DNA of 63,771 nt, the filler included, from Octopus bimaculoides (taxonomy: Eukaryota): NCBI RefSeq assembly GCF_001194135.2. It is 4 parts of 3 records of this genome, joined end to end, with 100 filler letters (N's around TTAATTAATTAA, not from the genome) between each part and the next. Parts side by side here need not be neighbours in the genome. Positions count along the whole stretch, not along the records: positions 10,852 to 38,338 come from NC_068994.1; 3 more parts are not named here. One strand, written 5' to 3'. The translations under genes and the position numbers were made by a program. Positions within the stretch are counted from its first letter, which is position 1; each line of letters starts with the position of its first letter. Shown piece after piece: positions 12,504-24,123 of the stretch. Below the pieces are notes generated by a model. The model saw only the letters and a list, made by a program, of their open reading frames with translations. It did no database searches and had not been told where the DNA came from.

Positions 12504-13177
12504 CTAAACTTAGAGGTCCCCACATCCCTATTTCGGAACACTAAAGGCAAGATTTACGCAGATTTGATTTCAATGTAGGTGTAATAACAAATAAAATATA
12601 ATTGAGCGATCAAGGGAGACCGTGTCCACTCAACATGCTAGAATTAAGAACCAAATACCCTTTAAATCGCACCCGTCATTTTTTTTTAGAAAAGGACACG
12701 TTGAGTAATGTAGTCCAGGGTACACTATTCCCGAAAGACAGAATGGTCACGGCTGGAACCTCCTTTGAACTTATGTCTGCTTGATCAGATATAACGGAGG
12801 GGACACACACACACACACAACAGCATATAATTTAACAAACACCAACACAATCTAGCAGAAACAATAATGCCAGTTCGAAACTTATGTGATTGACTGTCAT
12901 TGTCCCCCCCACCCCCCTGATAGTCGATCACTCCAGGAACTACATGAACTATTATTCTTCAAGTAGGTCTTGCATCGATTTTCCCAAGAACACTCTCGAT
13001 ATGTATATATGGTGGTGATTTGGTCGATACAGCAGAAAGTAGGACTAAATATACCTTGAATTATTTTCTTTCGCCCCTTCCCCCCCACTTGCCATACCGT
13101 TCTAATGGACCGATACAACAGGTATCATCGATATACGAAGACTGACTAAATCAACCGATTACAACAGCTCTTCCACC

Positions 13178-13201
13178 ATGCCTCGTCAATCGAAAACAAT
13201 A
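13178..13201 (+). other. Possible plus-strand start mini-exon (MPRQSKTI)
   Basis: ccaccATG context and donor ATA|gtgagt. No downstream exon found. Confidence 0.15.
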
Positions 13202-13694
13202 GTGAGTACGTGTTTATACACACATCACACGTAGGTATGTGCGCCTCGTTTGTAAATATATATATATATATATATATCGTCCGTAAACATAAATTCGAAA
13301 AAAAGAAGCACACAGCCTTAATCTAACTTTCGAGATCTCAGATTTTGACACAAAACCAGAAGGTAACAAAATCTGCAATTCTCGCATTAACAAATAGTTG
13401 AACAGAAACAAGTAACACACAAAGCGTTAAATTAATTATTGATTCACCAAACTTTCTTAATTGAAAAATCAAAACAAGCAAGCAACAATAAGATTGATTT
13501 AAAATACTGCACTGTTTTTTGTTGTTTTAATAATCTGGATTGTTTTCGTTGTTCAATAGGGAAAACCATATTACGAGATGCTAAGCAGGAGATGAGGTTT
13601 CTAGTTCTAGTTGGTACTTGTTGTTCGTAGATTTTATTTTCATGTAGTCATTATTGTTTCATGCTTCATATGAAAGAATAACATTGTTCTGAAC

Positions 13695-13736
<42 letters not shown>

Positions 13737-13820
13737 TTATTTCCCATCATTTCGATCAATTTCAAATAAAACTGAACTTTGGACAACGAGCAAAAAGAAA
13801 AAAAAATCTAATAATCTTAC

Positions 13821-14063
13821 CTTTTTCGTTGTAGTTATTTCTACGACAGAATAGTCATAGTAATATATAGAATTTGAAAGATTGCGGAAAAAAAATATAG
13901 AGGGTGATAAAGAAAGTGGGATAAAACGATTGAATAGTGGAAATAAGTCAGTTTAACTGACAAGATCAAAGGGCGTAAGACATGACAAGAGAGAACAACA
14001 AATCAATGTGATTCCGTCACCCCAGACTTTACGTAACTACGGCTTAAACGACTGACTTCCGGT
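13821..14063 (-). promoter_or_regulatory. Candidate promoter and non-coding first exon of the second gene
   Basis: ETS-type ACCGGAAGT (minus, 14055-14063), strong donor AAAAG|gtaaga at 13821, locally elevated CpG and few TEs over about 11950-14250. Confidence 0.35.
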
Positions 14064-14999
14064 GGCTATCTTCTATCATAGCGCTTGCTCTACGTTCGAA
14101 TTCATTCGAAATAAACAAGATATCTTCTATGTTTTAACGACTGGGTGGGTTATACTGGCTAGAAATTGTAGTTACATCTCTCTCTCTCTCAACTTATATG
14201 AGTTAAAGCAGTCAAATCACAAAGATCCGCAGTCTTAAATACACCATTAAAAAATATGGGAAAAAAGTTGAGCTAAGGGAAATAACTCAATTGGGTTAAT
14301 GGCATGAACATATTTCATAAAGTTATTCAGAATACTATGTCATATGTACTGATTATTTAGTCATTATTTGAATTAACCATGCATTTATCTCATAGTTTTG
14401 AGATTTCAAGTAAAAAATTTTTTTTGAATTCAATAAAGTCCCAATCATTATGTACTATTGTTGATTCTTCTTCTTCTTCTTCTTCTTCTTCTCTCTCTCT
14501 CTCTCTCTCTCCCTCTCCCCCCCTCTNNNNNNNNNNNNNNNNNNNNNNNNNNNNNNNNNNNNNNNNNNNNNNNNNNNNNNNNNNNNNNNNNNNNNNNNNN
14601 NNNNNNNNNNNNNNNNNNNNNNTTCTTCTTCTTCTTCTTCTTCTTCTCTCTCTCTCTCTCTCTCTCCCTCTCTCAAATCAGCTATGCTACCCAAATCTCC
14701 ATCCTATAGTGGAGCTCCAATGATGGGTGAAGTAACGCATCAGTTGGAGTACGTACTGATAAATCAGTGAAACAAGTGGACTCTGTAGTGAAGTGAGATA
14801 GATGTTGGTAAAAAGGGAAATCGACATAGAGGGACAGTGCCCATGACATTCACAGACAAGAGAGACAATCCTGAAATGACTTTGGTAAAAATTCTTTTCC
14901 TGATCTAAATGTTTATTTATTCACAACACTGCTTTTGCATGTCTACTGCAATATTTTGTTCATGCCTAGGCTGGCATTGCACATAATCAGTTCACGTTT

Positions 15000-15265
15000 G
15001 GAGACTGAATTACTATAAGGCAAAAAAATGGTGTCTGAAGTCATTTAAGGGTGATCTCTCTTGTAGTACATGGTGCTGATAACAGCCAAAAAGCTCAAAC
15101 TGCATTCATTACTTCTGCCAGATGGTACCTTGAAATGACGGTTGGTGTTTTTTGATCATCTGTTCCCTCAAGCAAGAAAGGTTCTCCATGGCAAATTTGA
15201 AGTAAATATGACCTTTGTACAGGTCAAATATATCCCAAACATATTTCAATGGATCTAAATATATA
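15000..15265 (-). mobile_element. Possible Tc1-type transposase C-terminal remnant
   Basis: DPLKYVWDIFD...ENLSCLREQMIK loosely resembles NPIEHxW...NLxELRExL. Confidence 0.25.
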
Positions 15266-15397
15266 TTCATAAATATACATATATATAAAGAATAAAAAGT
15301 TTTGAATGGTACAACAATGCACTATAATACAAAAAATGGACTATATACCTGTTGTAATTTAGTTATCTATAGTCCAATATACATGCATGTACTCATC

Positions 15398-16198
15398 ATC
15401 ATCATTTAATGTCCACTTTCCTTGCTGGCATGGGTTGGATAGTTTGACAGGAGCCAGCCAGATAGAAGACTACACCAGGCTACTGTGTCTGTTTTGACAT
15501 GGTTTTTATGGTTGGATGCCCTTCTTAACACTAACCACCTCATAAAGTGGATACCTCATAGATTGGCTTTTTACAAGGCACCAGCACAAGCAAGGTAAGT
15601 TTTGGCATAGTTTTTACAGCTGGATGCCCTTCCAAATGTCAACCCCTTCACAGTGTGGATTAGATGCTTTTTTTTGTGGAACCAGCACCTGCAGGGTCAA
15701 CAAATAACTTATAAGACAAAGGATTTTGAGAGGAGAGGGGGGCAATGGAGGAGGTAATCTTGTGCCAGATGATGAAAAGTTAGTGTGAGAGAGAGACAGG
15801 GAGGCAGAAACAGGTGTCTTGCTACAGAGGTATGTTACTTGGCCACACCACATCTGATGCTTTTCATCTCCAACTTTTCTTTCAGGGCATTTACACTCTG
15901 TCGTGTATGCACACTGACATTACATATCCAGCGGAGCATACTCGTTTCATTTCTTTCAAGCCTACACATGTCTTCAGCAGTCACAGACCATGTTTCACTG
16001 CCGTGTGGCATGGCTGTTTGCACACAGGCATCATACAGTCTACCTTTCACTCTAAGAGAGAGGCCCTTTGTTGCCAGCAGAGGTAGGAACTCTCCGAGCT
16101 TTGCCTCTGGCTATTCTTATTCTAGTAGCTATGCTCCCAGAGCATCCACCCACACTACTGACTTGGTCACATAGGTAATGGAAGCTAGCAATTACTTC
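15398..16198 (-). mobile_element. RTE-clade LINE 3' fragment (RT C-terminal part plus 3'UTR)
   Basis: SFHYLCDQVSSVGGCSGSIATRIRIA and RLYDACVQTAMPHGSETW...RLERNETSMLRWICNV, frameshifted. Tail ends in (GAT)n at about 15400. Confidence 0.85.
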
Positions 16199-16303
16199 TA
16201 GCAAGACCGTGGCACCTCCCATGAGCCCAGTGTTGTGTCTCAGATCCTGAAGGGCCATGTCAAGAGCTTCAAAAGAAACCTTATGGCTCATTGTTGCCTC
16301 ATC
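16199..16303 (-). mobile_element. Helitron PIF1-helicase fragment
   Basis: DEATMSHKVSFEALDMALQDLRHNTGLMGGATVLL matches the Helitron motif II-III consensus DExTMxHKxxxEALDRTLQDLRxNxxxMGGxTVLL. Confidence 0.8.
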
Positions 16304-18315
16304 CGTATGTTGCACATATGTACCTAACTATGGATGTATGTAAGCATGTACGTACGCAAGTACGTATGCACGTACGTACGCATGTATGTATGCCCGTACG
16401 TACGGACATACGTATGCACGTATGTACGGTGGAACGTATGCACATACGTACACAGGTACATACGCACGTACGTATACAGGTACATACGCACGTACGTATG
16501 CACGTTGTACGTACGTACGTATGCACGTTGTACGTACGTACGTATGCACGTTGTACGTACGTACGTATGCACGTACGTACGCACCTACGTATGAACGTAC
16601 GTACGGACGTACGTACGCATGTACGTATGCAGGAACGTACACACGTACGTATGCACATACGTACGCACGTACCAATGCACGTACCTATGCACGTACGTAT
16701 GCACATACGTACGCACATACCTATGCACGTACGTATGCATATACGTACGCACGTTCCTATGCTCGTACGTACGGACGTACCTACGTATGAACGTATGCAT
16801 ACCTGCATACGTACCTGCCTACGTACGTGCCTATGTACGTGCATACGTTCATACGTATGTACATACTTACATTCGTCCGTACGTTCTTGAATATTACGTG
16901 CATACGTACGTACATACGTGTATATATACCGGCATACGTACGTACATAATGCTTTTGTACGTGCCTACGCAGTGCATGCGTCCGTTCGTACGTACGTGTA
17001 TACCTACGTCCGTACGTAGTGCATACGTACCTGCGTACATACGTGCATACATACCTGCATACGTTCTTGCATAAGTATGTCTGTACGTGCATACGTACGT
17101 CCGTACGTACGTGCATACATTCATCAATTCGTACGTGCATACGTACTTGCGTACGTCCATGCACACGTATGTTCGTTCGTAGTGTATACGTACGTGCATA
17201 CGTACGAGCGTACGTATGTGCGTACGAACGTTCATACGTAGGTGCGTACGTACGTGCATACGTACGTATGTACATACGTGCATACGGACGTGCGTATGTA
17301 CCTGCGTAAGCACGTGTATACGTACCACCGTACGTCCGTGCATACGTATGTCCGTACGTACGGGCATACGTATGGGCATACGTACGTACGTGCATACGTC
17401 CTTTCGTACGTACATGCTTACATACGTAAATATGTGCGTAGTACCTGCATACGTACGTGCATAAGTACGAGCGTACGAACGTGCTTTCGTACGTGCATAG
17501 GCACGGCATAGGTACGTGCGTACGTACGTGCATAGGTACGTGCGTTCATACGTGCATATGTACTGCGTACGTACTTGCATACGTACGTGCGTGCGTACGT
17601 GCATTCCTACTTACGTGCATAGGTACGTGCATATGTACTTCCGTACGTACGTGCATACCTACTACGTAGTGCACATGTACGTGCATACGTACTTGCGTGC
17701 GTACGTGCATACGTACGTACGTGCAAACGTACGTCCGTACGTAGTGCATACGTACGTGCGTACGTCCGTCCATAATATGTGCGTACGTACGAACGTACAT
17801 ACGTCCGTACGTACGTCCGTGCGTACGTACGTGCATACGTACGAACGTGCTTACGTACGAGGTTTTCCTGGAAAGTTCCAAGGATTTAGGAGCAACTTCC
17901 TAGAAACTTCCGAGTATTTAGGAGCAACCTCCTGGAAAGTTCTGAGGTTTTAGGAGCAACTTTCTGGAAATTTCCGAGGATTTAGGTGCAACGAACGTGC
18001 ATACGTACCTGCATACTTACGTGCATACGAACGTGCCTACATACCTTCTTACGTACGTGCATAGGTACGTGCTTGAATAGATATGGGCATACGTACATCC
18101 GTACCTACGTGCATACGTTCTTGCATACCTACGTCCGTAGTGCATATGTACGTGCGGACGTACGTGCATGCGTACGTAAATACGCACGTGCGTACGTCCG
18201 TTCGTAGTGCATACCTCCGTGGCTAAGTACGTGCGTACGTATCTGCATACGTACACATGTACGTGCATAGGAACATGCATATGTACGTGCATAGTTACGT
18301 CCATACATACTTTCA
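16304..18315. repeat. 2-kb (ACGT/GCAT)-based CpG-dense array with internal inversion (foldback)
   Basis: Strand bias flips near 16880. Diagnostic variants at 16391-16480 are the reverse complement of 17285-17366. Confidence 0.9.
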
Positions 18316-18545
18316 TACGGGATGAATGTTCCGAGAAGGGGAGGAATTTCTATCTGGAAAGTTCTGAAGAGCGGGAGGTATGGCTGGAATTACTTCCTGA
18401 AAAGTTCCGAGGAAGGGGAGGAATTATTTCCAGGAGGGTTCTGAGGAGGGAAGAATTACTTCCTGGTGAGGAATTACTTCCTGGAAAGTTCCCATGGTGA
18501 GGATGAATTACTTCCTGGAAAGTTCCGACGTGGTGGCCGAGTTCC
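17856..18545 (+). repeat. 32-33-bp tandem units containing CCTGGAAAGTTCC (blocks 17862-17990 and about 18330-18545)
   Basis: ttcctggaaagttccaaggatttaggagcaac x4, then about 6 related units. Confidence 0.8.
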
Positions 18546-19060
18546 TTTCAAGCTTTGGGCCTCCGAAGGCAAATTGGCAAAATTCCTTTTGAATGTTGGG
18601 CCTCACGGAAGCAAAGTGGCTGAGTTCCTTTCAAGCATTGAGCCTCGTGGAGGCAAAGAGGTTCAGTTCCTTTCAAGCATTGGGCTTCACAGGCAAAGTG
18701 GTCAAGTTCCTTTTAAGCATTGGGCCTCATGGAGACAAAGTGGCTGAGTTCCATTTGAGCATTGGGCCTCACAGAAGCAATGACCAAGACCTTTGGCATT
18801 ATCTCGTACTTGAGAAGAAGACCCATCAAGCCAAGCAAAATCACAATCATGGCAGATACCAGTGTCACATGAATGACACCCATGCTGGTTGGTGGCACAT
18901 AAAAAGCACCCATTACACTCTTGGAGTTGTTAGTGCTAGGAAGGGCATCCAGCCATAAAAAACCATGCCAAATCAGACCGGAGTCTGTTGCAGCCTCCCA
19001 GCCCTGGTCAAACAATCCAACCCATACCAGCATGGACAATGAACGTTAAATGATGATGAT
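18545..19060 (+). mobile_element. RTE 3' end whose C-terminal coding segment is tandemly amplified (about 38 bp x6-7)
   Basis: LGLTEA...DQDLWHYLVLEKKTHQAK, followed by the RTE 3'UTR and (GAT)n. Confidence 0.75.
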
Positions 19061-19069
19061 GCCATGCAC

Positions 19070-19560
19070 ACACCATTTGAAATTACCACCTTTTGAAAAG
19101 AACTTTGGACATTTCTTCTGTTAACATCCCAAACATAGTAGTAGTAAGTCTTCTTTCATTGAAAGCATGGGCAGAACTGTTTAAGCTTTTGCATGTGCCT
19201 GGTAACAAGGCAATGATGTGTATTTATGCATGGGTCGAACAGCAGTTAGCTCTGCTAACCAAATCACACACACATAGATACTGTTCTGCCAAAATGAAAT
19301 AGCTCTCCGACATAATTTTTAGCAGAGATGCACTAAATTATCACTTGAGGTTTTCAGTAAGTTGAGATGAATAGCTCTAAGAAAATCAGAAGGCTGAATA
19401 CAATAATGATTTATTATAAAATGAATCTGTGAAGCAAGTAAATTGAAACTAGCTGTCAGCATGCTGAATATAACATTAAGAAATATCGCTTAATGATGTT
19501 CAAGGTTAACAGAAAAAATGTCCAGTGTTCTTTTCAAAAGGTGGCAATTTCAAATGGTGT
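19070..19560. mobile_element. About 490-bp MITE-like element with 56-bp terminal inverted repeats
   Basis: acaccatttgaaattaccaccttttgaaaagaac...gttaac (19070-19125) is the inverse of 19505-19560. Confidence 0.75.
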
Positions 19561-19864
19561 AGGTGAGGCATATTACAAAATATACACTTACAGTATTTCA
19601 CAAGGATAAGAATCAGAAACATGATAAATGCCTGCACATCCTTTAGAACAGTTACACATGGTTGTGTCTTCTGTCAAGAACATAGTAGCAGTAAGTCTTC
19701 TTGCCTTGAAAGCCTGGCTGGAACTATTTAAACTTTCACACATGCCTGGTGACAAGGCAATGGTGTGTATTTATGCACAGGTTGAACGACAGTTTAGCTC
19801 TGCTAACCAAATCACACACACATAGATACTGTTCCACCAAAATGAAATAGTTCTCCTACACATA

Positions 19865-20075
19865 CATACAGACATCCATACGTGTGCATCTTTGAGTCTG
19901 TGTTTATCCCTGATCACCACTTGATGAGTGCTGGTGTGTTTATATCCCTGTAACTTAGTAAGATGGCAAAAGAAACTAACAGAATAAGTACCATGTTTAA
20001 AAAAAAGTACTGGGGTTGATTCATTCAACTAAAATTCTTCAAAGCAGTGCCGCAGCTTGGCCACACAGTCTAATG
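19865..20075 (+). mobile_element. Family C SINE 3' half
   Basis: cttagt...gcaaaagaaactaacagaataagtac...cagcttggccac...tgactgaaa tail. Confidence 0.65.
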
Positions 20076-20337
20076 ACTGAAAAAACATACATACATACAT
20101 ACACACACACATACATACATATATGAAAAGAAAAACACAAATTCATATTAAAATGACTGGATTATAGTTTATTGCTTGATTTGAAGTGCACAGTGTAGTT
20201 AAGTCTTCTGTATATGAAATATTAAGAGTTATTGATGGTAGTTGATGGAAAGTCATGGAAAAGTTGCCAGACAATGGTATCAGATATTTTAGGAACTGGC
20301 ATTGAAATTTTGGTACAAATGTATAATTTGCATTTTT

Positions 20338-20450
20338 CTACAGTTTGTGATGATGTGAGATACATATGTACATACATACAGTTTGTGATGATGTGAGATA
20401 CATATGTACATACATAGTTTGTGATGATGTGAGATACATATGTACATACA
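20338..20450. repeat. About 36-bp minisatellite x3 (cagtttgtgatgatgtgagatacatatgtacata)
   Basis: Direct reading. Confidence 0.85.
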
Positions 20451-23400
20451 TACATACATACATACACTTGTATCTAGACAACATATTTATAGTAAAACAA
20501 CAAACAACCCAACACATGCTATATATATATATATATACATATACACACACACTTATGTATACACATACATATACACACACACTTATATATACACATACAT
20601 ATACACATGTCCACATAAAATCTTCACACACATAGATTTAACAAACATATATTATTTATTAAATATACATACATAATCCCATGCAGAGATTAACACACAC
20701 ACACATCTAAATGACCAAAAGATTACATTACAAATACATGAAAACATTCACATCACATACACACACACATATGTATCTACATATACATACACAATTATAA
20801 ATGCAAATACAAATACATGTATATGTAGCAACTTTAACCATATATAATTATTATTTGTTTAGAAAATGAAATAGCAAAAAAAAGGTGGTGATGATGATGA
20901 TATGATGATAGTGGTGGTGGCGATAACTATGGTTGTAATGAAGATGACTTTTGACTAGGCACAAAGTGAATGCTTGTAAGAAAATATAGATTACAGGTCT
21001 ATCAAAAACAAAAAAAAAACATACCTCCCTTACAGGAGAAAAGATGAAATGTAAAAACTGACAGCAACCCCAAACAGGTCAGCCATTTTTGTATTACATA
21101 TATGTGTGTAGTAGAGTCTGTGTTTGTGCATGTATGTGTTTGTGTGCATATTGAAACAATATATATGTACAAGTGAAAAGTATGAAAAAGTTTTTCTCAC
21201 ACTTCAGGTATAAAAAAATATTTTAAAAGTTTGGAGAATTAAAAATAAAATGGACACAACATTATATTATATGCATGAAAAGTTATGCAATCACAACAAC
21301 CATGCTGATCCAACATGGTTTTAGCTGCAATGGCTAAAATGAACAAAAGAACTACGAACACACACACACTTAATCCATAATTGTTAGTCTAGCAAAATAT
21401 ATTTTGTCTCTGATTCTTTGGGAACCCTATTTTGTCAGACTAACAATTATGGATTTAAATATTTTATTCACTCTCAGAATTGTCTTCAATTATTTTATTC
21501 TAAGTAAGCAGGCATAGTTGTCACCCATTGGGATACACACACACAAATCTAATTTATATGAATGCCAAAGAGTTTTTAGAAAATGTTCCAGAATAGTCTA
21601 TCTTTCCCTTTCTTCTTAATTCTCTATTTCTCTTAGATAAGTGTTAGAACAAGTAAAGATTCAGTGTTTTCTCCCCCCCCCCTCTTTCTCTCTCTTGTAC
21701 TATGTAAGCTGACTTGATGGGTAAGTTTTTGGGGCCAAGGTTTACTTCAATACATTGATTCAAAACTCTCTCATTCCTTGTTTGTCTCTCTTTTCCTTTG
21801 TGTGCATGTGTGTATTTGTGTATCTGTGCATATGCGTGCACACACACCTGTCTACGTTTCTATCTACCTAACTAATTAACTATCTCGCTGCCAGCTAAGT
21901 TTGTGATAATGTAAAATCTAAGCGACTTCACGTGCTACCAAGTAACTCATAAGGCACCAACACTTAGTTCCAGTTTTACAGCACCAAGCAACTGGGAGAC
22001 AGATCTCTCCTTGGACAGGGATCAGTCTAAAGCAGATAACAAAAAGTCCCCAGATTTGCTATCTATGGGGACTTCCTTCCCATGCAACTAAGTAAACTGA
22101 GGCAATGTAAGAACATACCTTTATGTTAAAAGCTGCAACTGAATTCCTTGAACTGAAAATCAGCACAAAGTGAAATAGGAGATATTCAGAATGTTTCCCA
22201 GAACACATTACAGTAAAGTACTGCAGTACAGTGTGGCATGGTGCAATGTTCTATAGAACAAAACTCAACTGCACATTGTTATATAATAATGAATAGCACA
22301 ATATTATATGATGGTGCATTCACTGATTACACAGTATTGCTTTGTGCATTTGTACATAATGTATTGCATACAATTGCATTGTGTTATACTGACGAACAAT
22401 GCATGATATAATTCCATAGCCATACACAATACAAAACTACATGACACTGTATAATGCTATACTGCATGTTCTTTGTCAGTACTACATTGCACTACATAAT
22501 CATCTATGTGCAATACAACAGCGTATAACACTACATAACATTGTGCAATATAACTATAACTGCATTTAATTGCACTGTATTGTACAAAACAACATTCAGT
22601 AACACTACTGCATAACATTCCAAAGTTTTGTACAATACAAAATTGCATGACAATGCATGCAGAATTCCTGCATTTGTACAACACTGCATGTTATATCACT
22701 AGACAATATAAAACAATACTGCAATGTACTGCACACACTGGGTGACATTATTGCAGCATAGAACACATAGGACTACATCGTATACATCACTGCAGTATAT
22801 TAATTGTACATTGTGTGTGGGTCAATACAGCCCGTAGTTCTCTTCTGCACAGACTGGTTCTGTAGTGCTAAGCACACCAGTGCACAGCAGGGTCACACAT
22901 TGAATCAATAGAGGGAATGTACACAGACCACCCTTCAGTAAGGGAGAAATAAGCCTCATCACCAGAACATCCCCCCACATGCAACCATGGTGGTGAACTC
23001 TTCTCGAGTTCCCAGTGATATGTTAGAAGGAAAAAAAAAAAGGAGAAAAAATATATTCAAAATAATAAAAAAATAGCTAATATACATATTTACATTATTT
23101 TTGTTGTTGTTGTTGGTTATGCTAGTGTGGGTGGCGGCGGTGATGGTGATGGCGGCGGAGGTGATTTCTTTGTTCATTGTTACTGCTTGAATTTGTTTTG
23201 TTTTGTTTGTTTCTTTTTTTGGGCTGCTGTCATTTGCTTTGTTTATTTGTATAAGTGTTATTTTTATTTCTTTTTTTCTTTTGCAGTAGATATTTTTTAT
23301 CATCTATATATATATACATACATACATACATGGATGCATGCAACAATATACACATATATCTAACAAGAAATTTGGAATTGTGTAAATGTATGAATTTCAA

Positions 23401-24123
23401 ACATACACACACACACACAGAAAATCTGCCTTTTATAGTATAGTCTAACAATACATGTGTGTGTGTGTGTGTAATTTCTTCTAGTTAAATCAGTTATCCA
23501 TTACACTGGACAACTAGTTCATTAAATAGTCCACCCGCTGAGAGAACTATTTGATAAACCAGTCATCCAAGGAAAAGTTCAGAGTAACAACCAACAAACT
23601 GACTCAGCCAAAATATATTACATTCTATTATAATATTGGATATTCTTTTTCCAATCTGTTACTACCTACATACATCATTTACACATACATATAAACAAGG
23701 AAAATGAAATATTTAAATGAGTCATTAATGTAATAATATCTGATTTGGCATCATAGCTAAAATGATGGCAACCTGGCCAAAGATCTTAATTGGCAATGTC
23801 ATAATTCATACAATTTTAATTGGTAACGTCACTCACAGTTCACACCATTGGAACCAGGATTGCAGTGAAATGATACTAAATGAGATAAAGTCAACGAATT
23901 GCCAAAAACGCAACCATTATTAATACAATTATCAACAACAATTTGGAATAGGTGAACACTGCCAACTGGCATTGTTATAATTATGTTGTTGATCATGAAT
24001 TGTCAATTTAGCAGGAGTCAAAGATGCAATCAGCTTAGTTGCTATCGTGTTTTTTTATTATCAAAATTTGCTATGTCTCAAAGAGAAATGCAGCCCATTG
24101 AAGCATTTGGGAGAATGAAGCAA

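Noticed and set aside
16291-18316. Many 70-250-aa ORFs rich in Y/V/R/T/H/M/C
   Set aside because: By-products of the ACGT/GCAT array, which rarely creates stops. No splice or homology support.
18545-18790. Regular 38-bp repeats superficially like a CRISPR array
   Set aside because: Eukaryotic context, no unique spacers, units derive from the RTE ORF end.
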